From an uncultured Candidatus Saccharibacteria bacterium (GTDB taxonomy: Bacteria > Patescibacteriota > Doudnabacteria > UBA920): 64,000 nt of DNA. Shown here one piece after another: positions 1 to 10,098 of the stretch. A program made the translations under genes and the position numbers. Each line of letters starts with the position of its first letter. Within the stretch, counting starts at the first letter, position 1. The notes under the pieces are model-generated. The model saw only the letters and a list, made by a program, of their open reading frames with translations. It was not told where the DNA came from and searched no databases. Where the stretch lies: contig CAZQZS010000002.1 of NCBI GenBank assembly GCA_964597895.1, forward strand, positions 68,019 to 132,018. The letters are read 5' to 3'.

Positions 1-359
1 AGTCTGAGTTTGACTCTCTTTTGGAGCGCGTGAGCTTAGGATTCGGCCAAGAAGCCCTGCAGCGGCTTCAAAATATGTCTGATCGACTAAAGGTGGCCCA
101 AGGCTATAAAACCCCCGTAGCATTTTTAATAGAGCTTTGTGCTGGAAAGCAGTTGAGCGTTGGCGGCGTGTCGCTTAACCCAGTTCAGCCGGCGATTATT
201 CTCAATCATTCAGGCCAAGGGAAAGCAGCAGAAATATTGGAACTATTTTTCAAGGTCAAAGCTATGATCCATGAGCGTTTAGGAGTTGAACTAGAGGCTG
301 AGCCAGAATTTATAGGCTTTAAAGAGAAGGAAATTGAAGGGACCAAGTCCAATAAATAA
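1..359 (+). CDS. C-terminal fragment of a gene whose 5' end lies upstream of the window. Function unknown; a DnaX-like C-terminal region is a weak possibility.
   Basis: The frame is open from nt 3 with no in-frame stop before the listed 21..359 ORF, so the gene continues off the left edge. No motif recognised. Confidence 0.3.
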   Translation, partial: SEFDSLLERVSLGFGQEALQRLQNMSDRLKVAQGYKTPVAFLIELCAGKQLSVGGVSLNPVQPAIILNHSGQGKAAEILELFFKVKAMIHERLGVELEAEPEFIGFKEKEIEGTKSNK

Positions 360-388
360 TGCTATAATATAGAAAAGAAAGGATAAAT

Positions 389-727
389 ATGAAGATTAAC
401 ATCAAAGCTACCAATACTACGCTTACAGATTCCATTCGCAGCAACATTGAAAGTAAATTAGGTATTATTGAAAAGTATATTCGGCCAGAAGATGTCATTT
501 TTGTAGAACTCGCCGAAGACAGTAAACACCAAAGCGGACAGTTTTTTAGAGTAGATATTCAGATTAGTCCTCATAATATTTATGCTGATGCGCGCGGCAA
601 TGATTTTTACGAAGCCTTAGATTTAGCAGTGCCGAAAATTCAGACTCAGCTATCAAAGACTAAGGATAAAAAAATCAGCCTTCGGAGAAGGCTGGGGAAT
701 ACTTTACGCAGCTTAAAGCGTTGGTAA
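389..727 (+). CDS. hpf: ribosome hibernation promoting factor / ribosome-associated inhibitor A (RaiA/YfiA family)
   Basis: 112 aa. N-terminus MKINIKATNTTLTDSIRSNIESKL..YI...DVIFVEL....FFRVDIQIS is the typical HPF/sigma-54 modulation protein fold signature. RBS AAAGGA upstream. Confidence 0.88.
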   Translation: MKINIKATNTTLTDSIRSNIESKLGIIEKYIRPEDVIFVELAEDSKHQSGQFFRVDIQISPHNIYADARGNDFYEALDLAVPKIQTQLSKTKDKKISLRRRLGNTLRSLKRW

Positions 728-728
728 T

Positions 729-1076
729 TTAAATACTGGCATCTAGAATAGTGTACTCTAATTCGTCCTCCTTAGTGAGGACGATTACTTTTTCCTCCCA
801 AAATTTTTTTACTCTTTTGAGCGTGTATTGAATTTTGGAAGGCTGACCTTCATATGCAGTCTTTAGGATTTGGTCGTAATCACCATTTTTGTAAATCATG
901 GTGAGGTGGAAGCGGAGTAACTCACTGATTTCTACTGGAAGTGCTGCCAGAATTTGCCTTGCATCAACAGTACCCAGGTTGAGCCATTGCTCAAATTGCT
1001 GAAACGCATCAGTGGTTCTAACAATTTCAAAATAGATATCTTGTTGGTCCTGATTTAATCGCTCATGCCTACTCAT
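729..1076 (-). CDS. hypothetical protein
   Basis: 115 aa ORF on the minus strand. Strong SD (AGGAGGaagatATG) immediately upstream on its strand. Divergent from secA. Confidence 0.6.
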   Translation of the reverse strand: MSRHERLNQDQQDIYFEIVRTTDAFQQFEQWLNLGTVDARQILAALPVEISELLRFHLTMIYKNGDYDQILKTAYEGQPSKIQYTLKRVKKFWEEKVIVLTKEDELEYTILDASI

Positions 1077-1094
1077 ATCTTCCTCCTAAGAAGG

Positions 1095-1123
1095 TTGGCT
1101 AACCCTTGATTTTTTAGTATAAT
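1095..1123 (+). promoter_or_regulatory. sigma-70-like promoter upstream of secA (TTGGCT-17-TATAAT)
   Basis: TTGGCT at 1095-1100, 17-nt spacer, TATAAT at 1118-1123. This is 24 nt upstream of the secA ATG. Confidence 0.4.
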
Positions 1124-1146
1124 AGCACAGTATCTCATTCAAAAAT

Positions 1147-3873
1147 ATGTCTATTTTCAGTAAATTATTCAATGTTTCTGGTGGCGGATTGGGCAAGTAT
1201 CAAGCCGAATTGGACAAGATAAATGCTCTTGCCCCAGAGATTGCCAAGCTTTCAGAAGAAGATATCAAGTCTGAAATTCAAAAGTTCAAAACCGAGCTTT
1301 CGGAGATTTCGGAAGAAGACCATGTCTTTAAAAAGTTAGCCGAGATTCGCCCTCGGGTTTTTGCATTGGTCCGCGAAGCTTCTAAGCGGTCACGCGGGCA
1401 GTTCCATTTTGACGTCCAAGTTATCGGCGGTTTAGTTTTGTCAGAAGGCCGTATCGCCGAAATGAAAACCGGTGAAGGTAAAACCTTAACAGCGACTTTG
1501 CCGCTGATCCTTTTTGCCTTGGCAGGGCGCGGCGCGCATCTGGTAACTGTGAATGATTACTTGGCGCGATGGCAAGCCAGCGACATGGGCAGGCTTTTTG
1601 ATTACCTGGGCTTGAGCGTGGCGAGTATTCAGCATGAAGCTTCTTTTAAGTTTGATCCCACCTTTCAACCCGAGCAGGAAGAGATTGAAGCCATTGAAGC
1701 GGGTACTCAAGGGTTGGTGTTAGACGTAAAACATATGCGTCCGGTGAGCCGGCAAGAAGCATACGCTGCGGATATCACCTACGGTACTAACAATGAATAC
1801 GGCTTTGATTATCTGCGAGATAATATGGTGCAGGATGTTAAGCAGTTGCGCCAACGCGAATTGTTCTTTGCAATTGTCGACGAAGTCGACAGCATTTTAA
1901 TTGACGAAGCTCGAACCCCTCTGATTATTTCCCAGCCGGATACCGAGCCGACCGATAAGTATTATCAGTTTTCAAAGCTGGTTGACCGTTTGCAGGAAAC
2001 CGAAGATTACACAGTGGATGAAAAGCACAAAGCTGCCAGTTTGACCGATGACGGCATCAATAAGATTGAAGGGATTTTGAATATCCCAAATATTTACGAC
2101 ACTAGCGCTGGCGTAACAACTCTGCATCACATTGAACAAGCACTCCGCGCTAAGACTTTGTACAAGAAAGATCGCGATTACGTAATTCGCGATGGCGAGG
2201 TTGTCATTGTGGATGAATTTACCGGCCGTTTAATGTTTGGCCGCCGTTATTCCCAAGGATTGCACCAAGCTATTGAAGCTAAGGAGAACGTCAAGATTCA
2301 GCAGGAGAGCAAGACCTTAGCGACAATTACTTTTCAAAACTTATTCCGCTTGTATGCGCGCCTGTCTGGTATGACAGGTACGGCAAAAACAGAGGAAGAA
2401 GAATTTTTCAAAATTTACCAATTAGAGGTAACACAAATACCAACTAACAAAGAGATGATCCGCAAAGATCATTCGGATTTGGTATTTAAAAATGAAGCAG
2501 GAAAGTTTACAGCCATTGCCCGGGATGTCAAAGAGCGTCACAAAAAGGGCCAGCCTGTGTTGATTGGTACTGTTAGTATTGCAAAAAATGAACAACTTGC
2601 TGATGCGCTCAAAAAAGAAGGTCTGCAATTTGAAATGCTGAACGCCAAGAACCACGAACGGGAAGCTCAGATTATTGCCCAGGCAGGCCGCAGCGGGGCT
2701 ATCACTGTTGCCACCAACATCGCGGGCCGTGGCGTAGACATCCTTTTGGGCGGCAACCCGATTGACCCAGAGGAAGCAGCAAAGGTTCGTGAAGCAGGCG
2801 GTTTGGCAGTAATTGGAACTGAACGTCATGAATCTCGCCGTATAGACAATCAGCTGCGAGGCCGCAGTGGCCGTCAAGGAGACCCAGGTTCTAGCCAGTT
2901 CTACGTTTCCATGGAAGACGATTTAATGCGCCTGTTTGGCGGTGCCCGCATGCAAAGCATGATGGAAACTCTTAAGATTCCCGACGATCAGCCTATAGAA
3001 GCCAAGATGGTTTCCCGCAGCATAGAATCAGCGCAAAAGAAAATTGAGGGACTGAACTTTGATACCCGTAAGAACGTGCTTGAGTTTGATGATGTTTTAA
3101 ATCAGCAACGCAAAAAAATCTACAAACGTCGTAGGAATTATTTGGCTGGTGCAGAAGTAGAGGACAGTATTAAAAAAGAAATTTCCGACCTGCTCAATGA
3201 AAAGATTGACCAGATTGTGAAAGGTTACTTTAATACCCTCAGCTTTGATGAAGCCATAGAGCAAATCTTTGCAGAGGTTAGTGCTTTTCTACCGCAGCTA
3301 AGCAAAGATAAACAGGCTGTGATCATGGAAGCCAGTCAAAGCGCAGCAGACCGCGAGTTTGTAATCTTGGATGAACTTCATAAATTGGCCGCAGAAAGCT
3401 TCTCTTCTAAAGCCAAGGAAATCGGAGAAGAGCTTTACGACAATATCTTACGCACCGTTATTCTGCAGAGCATTGACCGTCTCTGGATGGAGCACCTGGA
3501 TACTATGGATCATCTCCGCGATAGCGTCCGCTTACGCGGTTACGGCCAGCGTGATCCTTTAGTGGAATATAAAAAAGAGGGTCACATTTTGTTCCAGCGT
3601 TTGCTTGATGAAATCGACCAGCAAGTTTTATCTGCGGTGCTTCGTATTGGCGTAGAGACTCATACTGATAATTCCGGTGCTCAGCACCACCACGCCACTA
3701 TCAATTTGTCTGGCGGCAGCCAGGATAATCCTGCGCAGGTAACGGCCGAGCCTCAAGATCCACGCGCTCAAGGCATTGGCCGCAACGACCCTTGTTATTG
3801 TGGCAGCGGAAAAAAGTATAAAAAGTGTGGCCTGATTAACAGCGCTGAGCATCAGCAAAACCTAGCGAGCTAG
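1147..3873 (+). CDS. secA: preprotein translocase ATPase SecA
   Basis: 908 aa. DEAD-like motor with MKTGEGKTLTATLP Walker A and DEVDSILIDEARTPLIIS. C-terminal zinc-binding tail CYCGSGKKYKKC. Confidence 0.97.
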   Translation: MSIFSKLFNVSGGGLGKYQAELDKINALAPEIAKLSEEDIKSEIQKFKTELSEISEEDHVFKKLAEIRPRVFALVREASKRSRGQFHFDVQVIGGLVLSEGRIAEMKTGEGKTLTATLPLILFALAGRGAHLVTVNDYLARWQASDMGRLFDYLGLSVASIQHEASFKFDPTFQPEQEEIEAIEAGTQGLVLDVKHMRPVSRQEAYAADITYGTNNEYGFDYLRDNMVQDVKQLRQRELFFAIVDEVDSILIDEARTPLIISQPDTEPTDKYYQFSKLVDRLQETEDYTVDEKHKAASLTDDGINKIEGILNIPNIYDTSAGVTTLHHIEQALRAKTLYKKDRDYVIRDGEVVIVDEFTGRLMFGRRYSQGLHQAIEAKENVKIQQESKTLATITFQNLFRLYARLSGMTGTAKTEEEEFFKIYQLEVTQIPTNKEMIRKDHSDLVFKNEAGKFTAIARDVKERHKKGQPVLIGTVSIAKNEQLADALKKEGLQFEMLNAKNHEREAQIIAQAGRSGAITVATNIAGRGVDILLGGNPIDPEEAAKVREAGGLAVIGTERHESRRIDNQLRGRSGRQGDPGSSQFYVSMEDDLMRLFGGARMQSMMETLKIPDDQPIEAKMVSRSIESAQKKIEGLNFDTRKNVLEFDDVLNQQRKKIYKRRRNYLAGAEVEDSIKKEISDLLNEKIDQIVKGYFNTLSFDEAIEQIFAEVSAFLPQLSKDKQAVIMEASQSAADREFVILDELHKLAAESFSSKAKEIGEELYDNILRTVILQSIDRLWMEHLDTMDHLRDSVRLRGYGQRDPLVEYKKEGHILFQRLLDEIDQQVLSAVLRIGVETHTDNSGAQHHHATINLSGGSQDNPAQVTAEPQDPRAQGIGRNDPCYCGSGKKYKKCGLINSAEHQQNLAS

Positions 3874-3882
3874 TAGTTTTTC

Positions 3883-6420
3883 ATGAAAACCAAACATAGA
3901 CTTTCTACAAACATCAAACCAATCCAGTACCATATTAAAATCCAGCCTAATCTGGTGGATTTTAATTTTGTCGGATCTGAGGTCATCCTCATTGAAATGT
4001 CTAAAGCTACCAAACAGCTAGTTTTGCATGCTGCTGAGATAAAACTGGATACAGCAGAATTGATATCTGGCAAGGAGGTAATCAATCCAAAAATTACTTA
4101 CCAGAACAAAGCTGAAACTGTCACTTTAAGCTTTCCCAAATTACTCAGTGGGAAAGTAAAGTTAAAGTTGAATTTTAGCGGTATCATTAATGATCAGTTG
4201 CGGGGTTTGTATCGTAGTCAATACAACCATAAGGGTCAAAATCAATATTTAGCAGTTACGCAGTTTGAAGCTACTGATGCGCGCCGCATGATTCCTTGCT
4301 TTGACGAACCTGCTCACAAATCAAAGTTTATTTTAGAGGTGGTCGTCCCGAAAGATTTGCAAACAGTTTCTAATACAGTGCCGGATAAGATTACCCCGCA
4401 TTTACCAGGGTATAAAATTGTCAGATTTAAGCCCACCCCGAATATGTCTTCCTATTTACTGGCTTTAATTGTGGGGGAGTTGGAACATCTGCAAGGCAGT
4501 AGTAAACGAAAAGTCAAAATTCGAATCCATACAACTCCAGGGAAAAAAGCTCAGGGAAAGTTTGCTTTAGAATTTACCAAAAAAGCACTAGATTATTTAG
4601 AAAACTATTTTGGCATAAAATACCCGTTACCAATTTTGGATTTATTGGCAATCCCAGACTTCTCGGCAGGGGCAATGGAAAATTGGGGAGCGATTACATT
4701 TCGAGAGACTTTATTGCTTGTAGATGAAGACAATTCGCCATTTAGCCAAAAGCAGCGGGTTGCAGAGGTTATTGCCCATGAGCTAGTTCACCAATGGTTT
4801 GGCAATTTGGTGACTATGGAATGGTGGACTCACCTTTGGCTTAATGAAAGTTTTGCGACTTACATGGCATACCATGTAGTTGATGCGATTTATCCTGAGT
4901 GGAATTATTGGACTAAGTTTGCGCTTGACGAACAAGCCTTTGCGCTACAGCAGGACAGCTTGCATGCGACTCACCCGATAGAAGTCCCAGTGCACCATCC
5001 AGATGAAATTTCTGAAATTTTTGATGCCATCAGCTACGCCAAAGGCGCGAGTGTGCTTAGAATGTTGGAAAACTATATTGGCGCGGATAATTTCAAAAAG
5101 GGCTTATCCAAGTATTTAAAAAATCATTCCTATCGCAATACCTCATCAATTCACCTATGGGAGAGTTTTGAAAAGGTATCAGGTCTACCCGTGCGGAAAA
5201 TTATGAAGTCCTGGACGGAATATTCAGGCTTTCCGGTTGTCTCAGTAGCGGTTGAAGGAAGCAATTTAGTATTTGAACAGCGCGAGTTTAAGCAGCTGCC
5301 AAGGCCGAGCAAGCGCACATGGCCAATTCCGTTAAGCCTTCATACTGCAAAAGACGAGGTTAGTAAACCATTTTTACTGTCAGGGTCTTCAAAAAAGATA
5401 CCGTTGCCAGAAAGCTTTGATTTTATCAATCTTGATCATGATGACACGAGCCTCACAGTGATTCGTTATGACATGGGTTTATTGGCAAGACTGCTCCCAA
5501 AATTTTCTGACAAGACTTTAGGCACTCATGACAGACTGGCCTTGGTTAGGGATATGTTTTTGTTGGCGAAATCAGGTTTAATTCCAACTGATGTATACCT
5601 GGAGACTCTAATGTTTACCAAGAATGAGTTTAGTTATGTGATCTGGTCTGAGGTAGCTAAACAGCTAAACCAGCTTTGTAGAATGACATTTAACACCAAA
5701 GCCCAGATTAAAGTGGAGAAATTTAAGACCGAGTTATTTAGTCAATTACTGAACAGGCCAGAGATGGGCTTAAAGCGTAAAGCCAATGAATCTACTAACA
5801 ATTCATTGCTGCGTGGCTTGGCTTTTGTGGAAGCAGGGCTTGGCGGCAACAAGCAAGCTGTGGCTGCAGCCAAGAAATATTTTGGAGCAGGCAAAAGAAT
5901 TCAGTCAGTAGATGTGAATTTGCGCAGCGCAATCTTTGCCACAGTTGCCCGTTATGGCAGCACTTCGCAAATAGGTACCTTGATTAAATTATACAAACAA
6001 TCGCAGTTAGCCATAGAGCAGCAGCAAATTTTACATTCGCTGATTGCAGGGGCAACAGACAAAACCCAAAAAGTTATCTTAGATTTGATCTACAGCGAAC
6101 ATGTGCGAAATCAGGACAAGCCTTTTGCCATTGCCGCTACCATGCAAAACCCAGCTATCAAGAAACAGGCTTGGCAAAGGCTACTAAAGCACTGGCCAGA
6201 GCTTGAACAAAGGTTCTCGGGCACTAAGATGGCAGGGTATTTATTATCAGGTGCGGCAAGTTTTAATTCAGAAGCTGAACTCTCTCAGTTCCAAAAGTTT
6301 CTCAGTGGGAAAAAAATGCCTTATGCAAAGCAGGCGATTGCCCAAACTATAGAAAAAATCAGAATAAATATCGCCTGGCAGAAGCGTGACTTAGCCTTAA
6401 TTATGCGGTATTTTAGGTAG
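3883..6420 (+). CDS. pepN: M1-family zinc aminopeptidase (aminopeptidase N-like)
   Basis: 845 aa. GAMEN exopeptidase motif (SAGAMENWG) and HELVHQWFGNLVTMEWW...LWLNESFATY, i.e. the HEXXH-(18)-E zinc site. Confidence 0.9.
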   Translation: MKTKHRLSTNIKPIQYHIKIQPNLVDFNFVGSEVILIEMSKATKQLVLHAAEIKLDTAELISGKEVINPKITYQNKAETVTLSFPKLLSGKVKLKLNFSGIINDQLRGLYRSQYNHKGQNQYLAVTQFEATDARRMIPCFDEPAHKSKFILEVVVPKDLQTVSNTVPDKITPHLPGYKIVRFKPTPNMSSYLLALIVGELEHLQGSSKRKVKIRIHTTPGKKAQGKFALEFTKKALDYLENYFGIKYPLPILDLLAIPDFSAGAMENWGAITFRETLLLVDEDNSPFSQKQRVAEVIAHELVHQWFGNLVTMEWWTHLWLNESFATYMAYHVVDAIYPEWNYWTKFALDEQAFALQQDSLHATHPIEVPVHHPDEISEIFDAISYAKGASVLRMLENYIGADNFKKGLSKYLKNHSYRNTSSIHLWESFEKVSGLPVRKIMKSWTEYSGFPVVSVAVEGSNLVFEQREFKQLPRPSKRTWPIPLSLHTAKDEVSKPFLLSGSSKKIPLPESFDFINLDHDDTSLTVIRYDMGLLARLLPKFSDKTLGTHDRLALVRDMFLLAKSGLIPTDVYLETLMFTKNEFSYVIWSEVAKQLNQLCRMTFNTKAQIKVEKFKTELFSQLLNRPEMGLKRKANESTNNSLLRGLAFVEAGLGGNKQAVAAAKKYFGAGKRIQSVDVNLRSAIFATVARYGSTSQIGTLIKLYKQSQLAIEQQQILHSLIAGATDKTQKVILDLIYSEHVRNQDKPFAIAATMQNPAIKKQAWQRLLKHWPELEQRFSGTKMAGYLLSGAASFNSEAELSQFQKFLSGKKMPYAKQAIAQTIEKIRINIAWQKRDLALIMRYFR

Positions 6421-6428
6421 TATAGGTT

Positions 6429-6457
6429 TTGCAAATTCTGCTTTTATGCCATATAAT
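6429..6457 (+). promoter_or_regulatory. sigma-70-like promoter upstream of secD (TTGCAA-17-TATAAT)
   Basis: TTGCAA 6429-6434, 17-nt spacer, TATAAT 6452-6457. Confidence 0.45.
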
Positions 6458-6489
6458 AATTTGAGATAATAGTTTATTAACAGAACAGT

Positions 6490-7983
6490 ATGAAATCATT
6501 CTTAAAGCGTTTAACGGTTTTTTTGTTTGTGATACTGATTGGAGCGGCAGCGGCCTGGATTGTTCATCCGCAGGGTTCAAAGATCAATCTCACAAAATTA
6601 GGTATTAACTATCAAAGAGAGTTTCCTCCAAAATTAGGACTGGATTTGCAAGGCGGGGCAAGACTCGTTTATCAAGCGGATTATAAGGACATCTCGGACT
6701 CCGACCAGGGCGACGCTTTGGCCAGTGTTCGTGATACAATTGAACGCCGTGTAAATAGCTTTGGAGTGGCGGAACCACTGGTTCAGATTCAAGGCAACGA
6801 TCAGATTGTTGTAGAACTGCCGGGGATTTCAGATATCAATGAGGCTATTAAGCAAATTGGTGAGACAGCTCTGCTGGAATTTAGAACTCAAGGCGATCCC
6901 GACGCACAGCCAACCCCGGTTGTTGGCCCAGATGGCCAGATAACAATTGATCCATTGGCTGGCTGGGAACCAACCGGTCTTTCCGGAAAGCAATTAGAGC
7001 GAGCCACCGCAGATGTACAGCAAGGCCAAGGCATCAACACTCAAGTGGTTGTGCGTTTGAACTTTAACGAAGAAGGAAAACAGCTGTTTGCCAAAATTAC
7101 CGAAGAAAATATCGGCAAACCTTTGGCAATTGTATTAGACGGACAGATTATCCAAGCGCCGCGCGTGAATGACACTATAACTAATGGCGAGGCTTACATC
7201 ACTGGCGGGTTCACACCAGAAGAAGCCAAGCTGCTAGCAACTCGCTTAAACTCCGGTGCGTTACCAGTGCCGATTAATCTAATTTCACAGCAGAACGTAG
7301 GCGCAAGCCTTGGTGAGGAATCTATTCAAAAATCTTTGCTCGCTGGTCTCATTGGTCTAATTTTGGTGGCCTTATTCATGCTTTGGTATTACCGCTGGCC
7401 AGGACTGTTGGCAGTGCTTGCTTTACTTATTTACACCTTAGTTTCAGTTGCAATTTTCAAAATCGGCGTATCTATTACCGCAGTAGTGCTGGTTGGCGTA
7501 TTCTTCTTGCTGGGCGTGGTAGTTAGTGGTTGGTTCGGCGTAGTGGCTTTAATCAGTTATATCGCACTGATTTTCCTTAACGGCGTTTCGCCTGTTACCT
7601 TGACCTTAGCCGGAATTGCCGGATTCATTCTCTCTATCGGTATGGCAGTTGATGCCAACATTTTGATTTTTGAGAGAATGCGCGAAGAATTACGAGCAGG
7701 CAAAGATTTGCAGAAAGCTATCAAGGATGGCTTTGACAGAGCTTGGCTATCTATTCGGGATTCCAATGTGTCAACATTGATTACCACTATGATTCTCTAC
7801 ACATTCGGAACCTCTTCTGTAAAAGGATTCGCTATTGCGTTATCAATTGGCGTGCTCGTCTCTATGTTTAGCGCAATTACCGCGACCCGAACGTTCCTAG
7901 CAATCTTGATGAGCGATCGTATTGCTCGTATTCCTTGGCTGTTTGGCATTAAGCTACCGAAAAAAGAAGGGGAAAGAAACTAG
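6490..7983 (+). CDS. secD: protein translocase subunit SecD
   Basis: 497 aa. N-terminal TM, large periplasmic domain, six C-terminal TM segments. Conserved GLDLQGG and FERMREEL region. Confidence 0.93.
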   Translation: MKSFLKRLTVFLFVILIGAAAAWIVHPQGSKINLTKLGINYQREFPPKLGLDLQGGARLVYQADYKDISDSDQGDALASVRDTIERRVNSFGVAEPLVQIQGNDQIVVELPGISDINEAIKQIGETALLEFRTQGDPDAQPTPVVGPDGQITIDPLAGWEPTGLSGKQLERATADVQQGQGINTQVVVRLNFNEEGKQLFAKITEENIGKPLAIVLDGQIIQAPRVNDTITNGEAYITGGFTPEEAKLLATRLNSGALPVPINLISQQNVGASLGEESIQKSLLAGLIGLILVALFMLWYYRWPGLLAVLALLIYTLVSVAIFKIGVSITAVVLVGVFFLLGVVVSGWFGVVALISYIALIFLNGVSPVTLTLAGIAGFILSIGMAVDANILIFERMREELRAGKDLQKAIKDGFDRAWLSIRDSNVSTLITTMILYTFGTSSVKGFAIALSIGVLVSMFSAITATRTFLAILMSDRIARIPWLFGIKLPKKEGERN

Positions 7984-7984
7984 T

Positions 7985-8869
7985 ATGAAATTACTAAACT
8001 ATTACAAACATTTTTTTGTCGTTTCCATTGTCCTAACAGTTTTAGGTCTGCTGTCATTGGCAGTCTTTGGGCTTCGTCTCGGTATTGATTTTAAAGGCGG
8101 TACTGTCACTGAGCTGGCATTTGAGCAGCAAGTTAGCCCTGGCCAAGTCAGAGACTTGTTAAACCAGAACGGTTTGAGTAATGCGCAGGTTCAGTCAACC
8201 GACAATAACGGTATTATTATCCGTAGCGAAGTCACCGATAAATCAGAAAACGATAAATATTTAGAAGTATTACGTAATGGGCTAGGAAATTTTGAAGAGC
8301 GAAGCTTCCAATCTATCGGACCAGTCGTCGGCGAGCAGCTTACGCGCCAGGCAATTTATCAGTTACTATTAATTTCTGCTGGAATTATTCTTTATATTGC
8401 TTACGCGTTTCGCAAGGTAACCAGGCCTGTGTCTAGCTGGCAGTTCGGGGTTGCCGCAGTCGTTGCTTTGCTTCACGATCTTATAATCGTACTGGGTGTG
8501 TTTGCAATTTTAGGCAGATTCGGTGGAGTAGAAATTGATACCATGTTCGTGACAGCCCTTCTAACCGTGCTCGGATTCTCTGTCCACGACACAATTATTG
8601 TCTTTGACCGAATTAGAGAGAATTTAAGGATTTATGCAGGACAAACCATGGAGTTTGTGGTCAATCACAGTATCTCGCAGACCTTGGTTCGGTCTTTGAA
8701 CACCAGCCTGACAGTTCTATTGGTGCTTTTGGCCCTGCTACTATTCGGCGGCGAAACAATCCGCTACTTTGTCCTCGCTTTATTCATTGGCATTGTCGCT
8801 GGGACATATTCTTCTATCTTTGTTGCCAGTCCAATTGTTAACTACTGGCAAATGCGTAAGTTGAAGTAA
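7985..8869 (+). CDS. secF: protein translocase subunit SecF
   Basis: The ATG at 7985 (MKLLNYYKHFF) follows the secD stop, with a GGGGAAAG RBS. Contains GIDFKGGT and the VHDTIIVFDRIREN SecF motifs. The track's longer 7922 start overlaps secD and is unlikely. Confidence 0.93.
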   Translation: MKLLNYYKHFFVVSIVLTVLGLLSLAVFGLRLGIDFKGGTVTELAFEQQVSPGQVRDLLNQNGLSNAQVQSTDNNGIIIRSEVTDKSENDKYLEVLRNGLGNFEERSFQSIGPVVGEQLTRQAIYQLLLISAGIILYIAYAFRKVTRPVSSWQFGVAAVVALLHDLIIVLGVFAILGRFGGVEIDTMFVTALLTVLGFSVHDTIIVFDRIRENLRIYAGQTMEFVVNHSISQTLVRSLNTSLTVLLVLLALLLFGGETIRYFVLALFIGIVAGTYSSIFVASPIVNYWQMRKLK

Positions 8870-8877
8870 TCATTAAA

Positions 8878-8910
8878 AACCCCTTAGTTATAAGGGGTTT
8901 TATTTATTAT
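8878..8910 (+). terminator. rho-independent terminator after secF
   Basis: Stem AACCCCTTA / TAAGGGGTT with a 4-nt loop, followed by TTTTATTTATT. Confidence 0.65.
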
Positions 8911-8925
8911 ACTGATTGCCGAAGG

Positions 8926-8954
8926 TTGACCAATAAAAAGATATATGTTATAAT
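8926..8954 (+). promoter_or_regulatory. consensus sigma-70 promoter (TTGACC-17-TATAAT)
   Basis: TTGACC 8926-8931, 17-nt spacer, perfect TATAAT 8949-8954. The downstream ATG at 8973 has essentially no leader or SD. Confidence 0.55.
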
Positions 8955-8972
8955 TGGGCAAATATTCTTTAT

Positions 8973-10061
8973 ATGGGAATTCTAGACACAATTATTGATA
9001 CCCACCAGAAAGAGTCGCTCCAAGAGTTCGAACTCAATATTATTATTGATCGCATTTTGGAACCTTTAAAAGAACGCGAGAAAGTCATTCTTTCTAAACG
9101 TTATGGTTTGGGTGACCACGAAGTTTCTACCCTAAAAGCAGTCGGTGAAGAGCAGGGGCTGACCCGTGAGCGGGTACGACAAATTGAGAAAGAATTGCTC
9201 AAAAACCTTAAACGTGGAGTTGGCGAACTACAAGAGTTTATTTCTGCTAGAGATTTACTAATCAACACTATTTCTGAACACGGTGGGATTATGTCCGAAC
9301 AATCTCTCACTACCTACTTAGGTTACACAAGTCCATCGGACATTCAGGCTTTAAAGTTTTTATTAAAACTAATTGCTGAGCTGGAAGAACATGGCTCAGA
9401 CGAGCATATTCTGCAGTCTTGGGCAAAGATTGGTTTTGATCGCGATTTTCTTCATGAGTTTATTATTGCCACTAAAGATTTTTTGGATAATCATGGTAAG
9501 CCGATCTCGGCAGACGAGTTTTTAGCAGCATTCCAGCAGTCAGATTTTTTCAAACAGAACGAAACCAGACTTACTCCAAAAGTCGTCTTAAACTATCTTC
9601 ACACCGCTGAGGCAATTCGTAAAAACCCCTTTGGGGAATATGGGCTTTCACACTGGAATGAAATCAAGCCAAAAGATGTAGGTGATAAGGCTTATTTGGT
9701 AATGAAGCATCATGGCAAACCCGAACATTATGCAGTAATCACTGATCTGATTAATCACAATAGCATTGACAGCAGGAAAGCTTATAAGGAAACGGTCCAT
9801 AACAAACTGATTAAAGATAAGCGTTTTGTTTTAGTCGGCAGAGGGATTTACGCTCTTACCGAATGGGGATATAAACCTGGGGTTGTCTCCGACATTATCA
9901 CCCAAGTGATTAAGGACGAAGGTCAACCATTAACGCGTGACGAGATCATTAAACGCGTACTAGACAAGAGATTGGTTAAAAAGAATACTGTATTAGTAGG
10001 CCTTTCCAACAAAAAGCTCTTCCGCAAAGTAGGCAAAAATCTTTACGATATCGCAAGCTAA
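8973..10061 (+). CDS. protein with an N-terminal sigma-70 region-4-like HTH domain fused to ~270 aa of unknown function
   Basis: Residues ~30-85 (EREKVILSKRYGLGDHEVSTLKAVGEEQGLTRERVRQIEKELLKNLKR) match the region 4.2 pattern of sigma-70 family proteins. No region 2 is present. The remaining ~270 aa are unrecognised. Confidence 0.5.
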   Translation: MGILDTIIDTHQKESLQEFELNIIIDRILEPLKEREKVILSKRYGLGDHEVSTLKAVGEEQGLTRERVRQIEKELLKNLKRGVGELQEFISARDLLINTISEHGGIMSEQSLTTYLGYTSPSDIQALKFLLKLIAELEEHGSDEHILQSWAKIGFDRDFLHEFIIATKDFLDNHGKPISADEFLAAFQQSDFFKQNETRLTPKVVLNYLHTAEAIRKNPFGEYGLSHWNEIKPKDVGDKAYLVMKHHGKPEHYAVITDLINHNSIDSRKAYKETVHNKLIKDKRFVLVGRGIYALTEWGYKPGVVSDIITQVIKDEGQPLTRDEIIKRVLDKRLVKKNTVLVGLSNKKLFRKVGKNLYDIAS

Positions 10062-10098
10062 GATTAAACAAAAGTATTAAACAAACACTAATTATCAT

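Noticed and set aside
1486-2877. Antisense ORFs inside secA (74 aa, 151 aa), and similar internal or antisense ORFs inside pepN, secD, atpA/atpD, pyrG, gyrB, thyA etc. listed in the track
   Set aside because: They are embedded in, or antisense to, strongly conserved full-length genes, lack ribosome-binding sites and have low-complexity composition. Treated as spurious.
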